This document shows, piece by piece, positions 57,720-64,000 of a stretch of DNA of 64,000 nt. The DNA lies in contig CAVPES010000052.1 of NCBI GenBank assembly GCA_963703545.1, positions 13,995-77,994 of the forward strand, given 5' to 3'. A program made the position numbers and the translations under genes. Each line of letters begins with the position of its first letter. Position 1 is the stretch's first letter. Origin of the DNA: an uncultured Actinomycetota bacterium. GTDB lineage: Bacteria; Actinomycetota; Actinomycetes; Actinomycetales; Microbacteriaceae. The notes under the pieces are model-generated. The model made no database searches. It was not told the origin of the DNA and worked only from the letters and a program-made list of their open reading frames with translations.

Positions 57720-58717
57720 CTCGTCCCCTCGGTGTCCGTTGCCGCGTCGGTGTCGCCGATATTCGAGGCGTTGATCGCCGCATCCAGTTCGGCGACCTCG
57801 GCGACCAGATCGCGGGCCTCCGCACTGATGACGTCCTTGACCCTTCCGGTTACGACACCGAGGTCGACGTTCTGGTGACTGCCGAGGTAGGCGTCAATGA
57901 CTGCGGGGTTGCTCATCACGTCGTCGGGGGGTCCCTCCGCGACGACTCTGCCCTCGGCCATCACCACGACCCAGTCGGCGATGTGGCGCACCATGTGCAT
58001 GTCGTGCTCGACGAAGAGCACCGTCATGCCCTGATCCTTGAGGTCGAGGATGTGCTCCAGCAGAGATTGCGTCAGCGCGGGGTTGACGCCCGCCATCGGC
58101 TCGTCGAGCATCACCAGTTCGGGGTCGCTCATCAGTGCGCGGGCCATCTCAAGCAGCTTGCGCTGACCACCGGACAGGCTGGCAGCGTAGTCGTCGCGCT
58201 TGGCGTCGAGGTTGAAGCGACCCAGGATCTCGAGCGCTTTCGCTTCGATCTCCCTGTCCTGACTGCGCCAGAGGGCCGGAATGATGCTGGTCCAGAATCT
58301 CTCGCCGCGCTGGTTCTTGGCGCCGAGCTTCATGTTGTCGATCACCGTCAGCAGGCCGAGCGCCTTGGTCAACTGAAAAGTGCGAACCAGCCCCATCCGG
58401 GCGACCCGGTAGGCCGGGACTCCGGCCAATGGGGTCGTGCCATAGGTCCAGCGGCCGGTATCGGGCTTGTCGAATCCGGTCAGCAGGTTGAACAGGGTGG
58501 TCTTGCCGGCCCCGTTGGGTCCGATCAGCGCGGTGATCGCGTTGCGCGGGATTTCCAGGTGGTCGACATCAACCGCCGTGAGTCCGCCGAAGGCGCGGGT
58601 GACGGCGTCGATGACGAGGATCGGGTCGACTTTGGCGACGCCGGGCGCGATCTCCCCGGTGTGCAGACCTGTGGTCTTTGCTCTGGTCCGCACGTCGGGA
58701 CCCGAATCACCGGACAA
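57716..58717 (-). CDS. livG: Branched-chain amino acid-type ABC transporter ATP-binding protein (LivG-like) with N- and C-terminal extensions
   Basis: LIGPNGAGKTTLFNLLTGF...LSGGQRKLLEMARAL...VMLDEPMAGVNP...AVIDAYLG, followed by a 54-aa acidic tail. Confidence 0.88.
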   Translation of the reverse strand: MSGDSGPDVRTRAKTTGLHTGEIAPGVAKVDPILVIDAVTRAFGGLTAVDVDHLEIPRNAITALIGPNGAGKTTLFNLLTGFDKPDTGRWTYGTTPLAGVPAYRVARMGLVRTFQLTKALGLLTVIDNMKLGAKNQRGERFWTSIIPALWRSQDREIEAKALEILGRFNLDAKRDDYAASLSGGQRKLLEMARALMSDPELVMLDEPMAGVNPALTQSLLEHILDLKDQGMTVLFVEHDMHMVRHIADWVVVMAEGRVVAEGPPDDVMSNPAVIDAYLGSHQNVDLGVVTGRVKDVISAEARDLVAEVAELDAAINASNIGDTDAATDTEGTR

Positions 58718-59687
58718 AGGTCAGCTCCTTCTTGTTGCCGAGGATCCCCTGCGGTCGGAAGATGACCAGCAGCATGAGTGCCACGCCGATCAGGATGTAC
58801 CGCAGCGTCGCCGCCTGGATCGACGAGAGGAAGGGCAGCCAGCCGGAGTCGGCGAGGGCCGGCAGCAGGTTGCCAAGCAGTGTGTACAGCATCCAGAAGA
58901 TCAGCGAGCCGAGAAGCGGACCGAAAACGGTGGCCGCACCGCCGAGCAGCAACGCCGTGTAGACGAAGAATGTCAGCGACGTGACGTACACCCCTGGGTT
59001 GACCGAGGAGGGCAGGGCATAGACGATTCCGCCGAGTGCAGCGAAGATTCCGCCGACCACGAGGGCCTGCATCTTGTAGGCGAAGACGTTCTTGCCCAGC
59101 GAGCGCACGGCGTCCTCGTCTTCACGGATTCCCTTGAGCACTCGACCCCAGGGGCTCCGCGTCAACAGCAGCAGAATGGTCGTGCAGAGGGCGAGCAGCA
59201 ACAGGCCGAGCACCACGACCCAGAGTGAGACCGCATTGAACTGGAACGGCCCGAAGCCGTACTTGCCCGGCGGGATCGGATTCGCGGCGCGGAAGCTCTG
59301 GTGGTAGCCGCTCAGGCCGTCGGCGCTGCCGGTGTATTCGACGAAGGTGTTCGTCAGGAAGAGCAGACGCACGATCTCGGCAGCTGCGATCGTGACAATG
59401 GCCAGGTAGTCCCCGCGCAGTCGCAGCGTCGGGATGCCGAGGATCAGCGCGAAAACGACTGAGCCGAGGATTCCCACCAGGATGCCGACCCACCACGGCA
59501 GCCCGAAGGTCAGGATCGAGATGGCATAGCCGTATGCACCGATCGCCATGAATGCTGCGATGCCCATGTTGAGCAGGCCGGCGTAGCCGAAGTGCATCGC
59601 CAAGCCGAGCGCGGCGAGGGCGTAGGCAATGGTCGCCGGGCTCAGGATCGACGACACGGTGTTGGAAAGAATCTGAAGAAAGTCCAT
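58707..59687 (-). CDS. livM: Branched-chain amino acid-type ABC transporter permease (LivM-like)
   Basis: YAGLLNMGIAAFMAIGAYG...IPTLRLRGDYLAIVTIAAAEIVR. About 8-9 TM. Confidence 0.88.
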   Translation of the reverse strand: MDFLQILSNTVSSILSPATIAYALAALGLAMHFGYAGLLNMGIAAFMAIGAYGYAISILTFGLPWWVGILVGILGSVVFALILGIPTLRLRGDYLAIVTIAAAEIVRLLFLTNTFVEYTGSADGLSGYHQSFRAANPIPPGKYGFGPFQFNAVSLWVVVLGLLLLALCTTILLLLTRSPWGRVLKGIREDEDAVRSLGKNVFAYKMQALVVGGIFAALGGIVYALPSSVNPGVYVTSLTFFVYTALLLGGAATVFGPLLGSLIFWMLYTLLGNLLPALADSGWLPFLSSIQAATLRYILIGVALMLLVIFRPQGILGNKKELTFVR

Positions 59688-59696
59688 AGAAGGCTC

Positions 59697-60992
59697 CTAC
59701 CCGACTCGCTCTCGTCGACCGAGGACGCCCTGCGGTCGGAAGAGCAGAATCAGAATCAGCACGATCAGTGCTCCCGCGTACTTGAGGTCGGACGGTATCC
59801 ACAGCGTCGACACCTCGATCAGAATGCCGACGATGAGTGCGCCGACCAGAGCGCCGAATGCCGTGCCGAGCCCACCGAGCGTGACCGCAGCGAAGATCAG
59901 CAACAGGATCTGGCCTCCCATGTCCCATTTGATGCCCGGGCGGAAGTACGCCCACAGCACGCCCCCCAATCCGGCGAGCGCGGCGGCGAGGATCCAGACG
60001 ATCCGTACCACGCGGTCGACATCGATGCCGGAGGCGGCGGCCAGCGACGGGTTGTCCGAGATGGCGCGGGTGGCCTTGCCCACCCGGGTGAACAGCAGCC
60101 ACCAGGCGAAAGCGGCGATCACGACGACGCTGATTCCCATGCTCACCATGTCGATGACGCTCAGGGACACCGCGCCGAACAGTGTCAGTTTGGGCGAGTT
60201 GACTCCGGGCAGCTGCACAGTGCCGCCGCCGACGAAGAACTGGTAGGTGTAGCGCAGGGCGAGGGACAGGCCGATACTGACGATCATCAACTGGACCAGC
60301 CCGATGCCCTTCTTGCGCAGGGGCCGCCAGAGACCGACGTCCATGACGTAGCCGAGGATACCGCTGAGGACCACTGCGAGCGGGATCGCCAACCAGATCG
60401 TGATGCCGGTGTTGCTGAGGAAGAGGGCGGCGAGCGCGCCGAAGGTGACCATTTCGGCATGCGCGAAGTTGGACAGCCCGGTCGTGCCGTAGACGAGGGA
60501 AAGGCCGACGGCGGCCAAGCCAAGCATCAGGCCGAAGTTCACTCCGTTGACCAGGCGCTGGATCAGCTGGTCGAGAAAGCTCGTGACGTTGCGTTCGCCC
60601 TCACCGATGAAGAAGTTCATGGTGACCCGGCCGCTGGGGCCGATTTCGACCTCCTGAGTGCTGCTGCCCTCGATCACGGCGATGCCCTCGGGCAGGGTCG
60701 ACTCATCGAGCGTCACGGTGTACGTGCCCCGCTCGGGGACGCCGATGCGCCACTTGCCGTCGATGTCGGTGACGACCTCCGCCGTGTAGCCGCCGCCGCT
60801 GACCGAAACCAGCACTCCCTCAAGGGGTGTGCCCTCGTTCTTGACATTGCCGCTGATCCGGTTGGCATAGTCCTCGCCGACGGAATCCGCGAAGGCTGCC
60901 GTGGGGATGAGCAGCAGAGCCGAGATGAGGGCAAGCATGGCGGTGATCATCACCTGCGGCTTGCGCTGAATCTGGATCCGGGAACGCACCAC
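59697..60992 (-). CDS. livH: Branched-chain amino acid-type ABC transporter permease (LivH-like) fused to an N-terminal signal peptide and a ~100-aa extracytoplasmic beta-sandwich-like domain
   Basis: The core FLDQLIQRLVNGVNFGLMLGLAAVGLSLVYGTTGLSNFAHAEMVTFGA is canonical LivH. It is preceded by MITAMLALISALLLIPTAAFA and ISGNVKNEGTPLEGVLVSVSGGGYTAEVVTDIDGKWRIGVPERGTYTVTLDES. GTG at 60992 lies 4 nt after AGGAG. Confidence 0.85.
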   Translation of the reverse strand: MVRSRIQIQRKPQVMITAMLALISALLLIPTAAFADSVGEDYANRISGNVKNEGTPLEGVLVSVSGGGYTAEVVTDIDGKWRIGVPERGTYTVTLDESTLPEGIAVIEGSSTQEVEIGPSGRVTMNFFIGEGERNVTSFLDQLIQRLVNGVNFGLMLGLAAVGLSLVYGTTGLSNFAHAEMVTFGALAALFLSNTGITIWLAIPLAVVLSGILGYVMDVGLWRPLRKKGIGLVQLMIVSIGLSLALRYTYQFFVGGGTVQLPGVNSPKLTLFGAVSLSVIDMVSMGISVVVIAAFAWWLLFTRVGKATRAISDNPSLAAASGIDVDRVVRIVWILAAALAGLGGVLWAYFRPGIKWDMGGQILLLIFAAVTLGGLGTAFGALVGALIVGILIEVSTLWIPSDLKYAGALIVLILILLFRPQGVLGRRERVG

Positions 60993-61212
60993 TCAACTCC
61001 TGTTGCTGATCCGGTCGCGGCCGGTCTTACGGTTGGCCTGACACGCAAGCCACCGACGCTGGTCGCTCGACACTACAGACCCTATGTGTCTTTCATGTTT
61101 CCTGCGAAATTCCGCCGCGTCACTTGTGCTGTGTTCCGCGGAATATTGCCCCGTCTGGTCCGTTAAGATTGAGTAACGCGTTTGCCGGCACACACGGTCA
61201 CCACCCCAATGA

Positions 61213-62721
<1,509 letters not shown>

Positions 62722-62819
62722 AGGGTGGCCGCGACCCGTCTCGGCCCGGTGCCGGCTCCCGCGGCTACCGCACGGGGAACACCCATGGGCAGGGGACGGG
62801 TGCCCGGTAGGGTGGTTGC

Positions 62820-63959
62820 GTGAGTGATTTCGAGATCGGCAGAGCGAAGCGGGCCCGCCGCGCCTATGCATTCGATGACATCGCGGTTGTGCCATCGCGC
62901 CGCACCAGGGATCCGCAGGACGTCTCCGTCAGCTGGGGTATCGATGCCTTCCGTTTCGAGACCCCGATCATCGCCGCACCGATGGATTCCGTGGTCTCCC
63001 CGGAGACGGCGATCCAGATCGGGCAGCTCGGCGGCCTCGGTGTGCTTGATCTGGAGGGCGTGTGGACCCGCTACGACGACCCTGAGAAGGTCCTTGCCGA
63101 ACTGCGCTCGCCCGGCATCACGACCCGCAGGCTGCAGGAGATCTATGCGGAATCCATCAAGCCCGAGCTGGTCACCGAGCGCCTCGCCCAGATCCGCGCC
63201 GCGGGTGTCACGGTCGCCGGTGCGCTGTCGCCGAAGCGCACCCAGGATCTGTACCAGACCGTCGTCGCCGCGGGCGTTGACCTTTTCGTGATCCGCGGCA
63301 CCACCGTCTCGGCCGAACACGTCTCCAAGACCGCTGAACCGCTCAACCTCAAGAAGTTCATCTACGAGCTCGACGTTCCTGTGATCGTGGGCGGTGCCGC
63401 CACCTACACGGCGGCACTGCATCTGATGCGCACGGGGGCGGCCGGTGTGCTCGCGGGCTTCGGCGGCGGGGCCGCCTCGACCACGCGCGCGACCCTCGGC
63501 GTGCACGCACCCATGGCCACCGCGGTCGCGGACGTGGCCGGCGCGCGCCGGGACTACATGGACGAATCCGGCGGACGCTACGTGCACGTCATCGCGGATG
63601 GCGGCCTCGGCACCTCGGGGGACATCGTCAAGGCCATCGCCGTCGGTGCCGATGCCGTCATGCTGGGCAGCACGCTGGCCCGGGCGACCGAGGCTCCCGG
63701 CGGCGGCTGGCATTGGGGCGCGGAGGCGCATCACAGTGAACTGCCACGCGGAAACCGGGTCGAGGTCGGTCAGATCGCCCCGTTGAAAGAGATCTTCTAC
63801 GGGCCGGCAGCGCGGGCCGACGGCACGGTCAACCTTGTCGGCGCCCTGCGGCGTTCGATGGCGACGACCGGCTACTCGGACCTGAAGGAGTTCCAGCGGG
63901 TTGAGGTCGTCGTCGCTCCGACCCAGCCCATCAGCGCGCGCGCCGGTACGGGGATCTGA
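62820..63959 (+). CDS. guaB3: GuaB3-type IMP dehydrogenase-related protein (no CBS domains)
   Basis: AYAFDDIAVVPSRRTRDPQDVS...IIAAPMDSVVSPE...VIADGGLGTSGDIVKAIAVGADAVMLGS. It lies directly after guaB, as in other actinobacteria. Confidence 0.85.
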   Translation: MSDFEIGRAKRARRAYAFDDIAVVPSRRTRDPQDVSVSWGIDAFRFETPIIAAPMDSVVSPETAIQIGQLGGLGVLDLEGVWTRYDDPEKVLAELRSPGITTRRLQEIYAESIKPELVTERLAQIRAAGVTVAGALSPKRTQDLYQTVVAAGVDLFVIRGTTVSAEHVSKTAEPLNLKKFIYELDVPVIVGGAATYTAALHLMRTGAAGVLAGFGGGAASTTRATLGVHAPMATAVADVAGARRDYMDESGGRYVHVIADGGLGTSGDIVKAIAVGADAVMLGSTLARATEAPGGGWHWGAEAHHSELPRGNRVEVGQIAPLKEIFYGPAARADGTVNLVGALRRSMATTGYSDLKEFQRVEVVVAPTQPISARAGTGI

Positions 63960-64000
63960 TCGAGCGGCGGGATACGGGAAAGAGGACGCAGATGGCGCAG

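Noticed and set aside
63992-64000. ATG with an upstream GAAAGAGGA at the right edge, possibly the start of the next gene
   Set aside because: Only three codons are visible, which is insufficient to call.

Overview
This is a high-GC actinobacterial chromosome segment. Gene order and protein sequences look Microbacteriaceae-like, but that is inference only. The window is almost entirely core housekeeping. It holds rpoB-rpoC, the str operon (rpsL-rpsG-fusA-tuf), the contiguous S10/spc operons (rpsJ through rplO-secY-adk-map), and infA-rpmJ-rpsM-rpsK-rpoA-rplQ. It also holds truA, rplM-rpsI-glmM, coaA, glmS, acpS-alr-tsaE-tsaB-rimI-tsaD, a stand-alone groES behind two CIRCE operators, rarD, a LivK/HMGF-type ABC importer locus, guaB and a guaB3-like paralog. 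The left 5.5 kb is more accessory: a LamG/Calx-beta surface protein fragment, a frameshifted DEAD-box helicase, and ComB-like, DUF427, SprT-like and spermidine-synthase-like genes. I found no rRNA, tRNA, CRISPR, transposase, integrase or phage genes. I do not see a convincing multi-gene novel system. The observations most worth a second look are these. (1) The DEAD-box helicase gene is broken at a C5 homopolymer. (2) A palindromic intergenic repeat family (CCACCTGAGTTGCG arms) occurs twice. (3) A 500-bp tandem duplication holds two DUF4190 membrane-protein genes whose promoter and leader are far better conserved than the coding parts. (4) A 6 x 27-bp in-frame tandem repeat gives ribosomal protein L15 a PAKAAAEK-repeat N-terminal tail. 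(5) A 23-nt promoter-proximal box is shared by the infA and rplM operon promoters. (6) A hairpin motif is shared by two intercistronic spacers of the alpha operon. (7) A LivH-type permease is fused to an N-terminal secreted beta-sandwich-like domain. All coordinates were anchored to the ORF track. Functional calls come from recognising the translated sequences, not from database searches.
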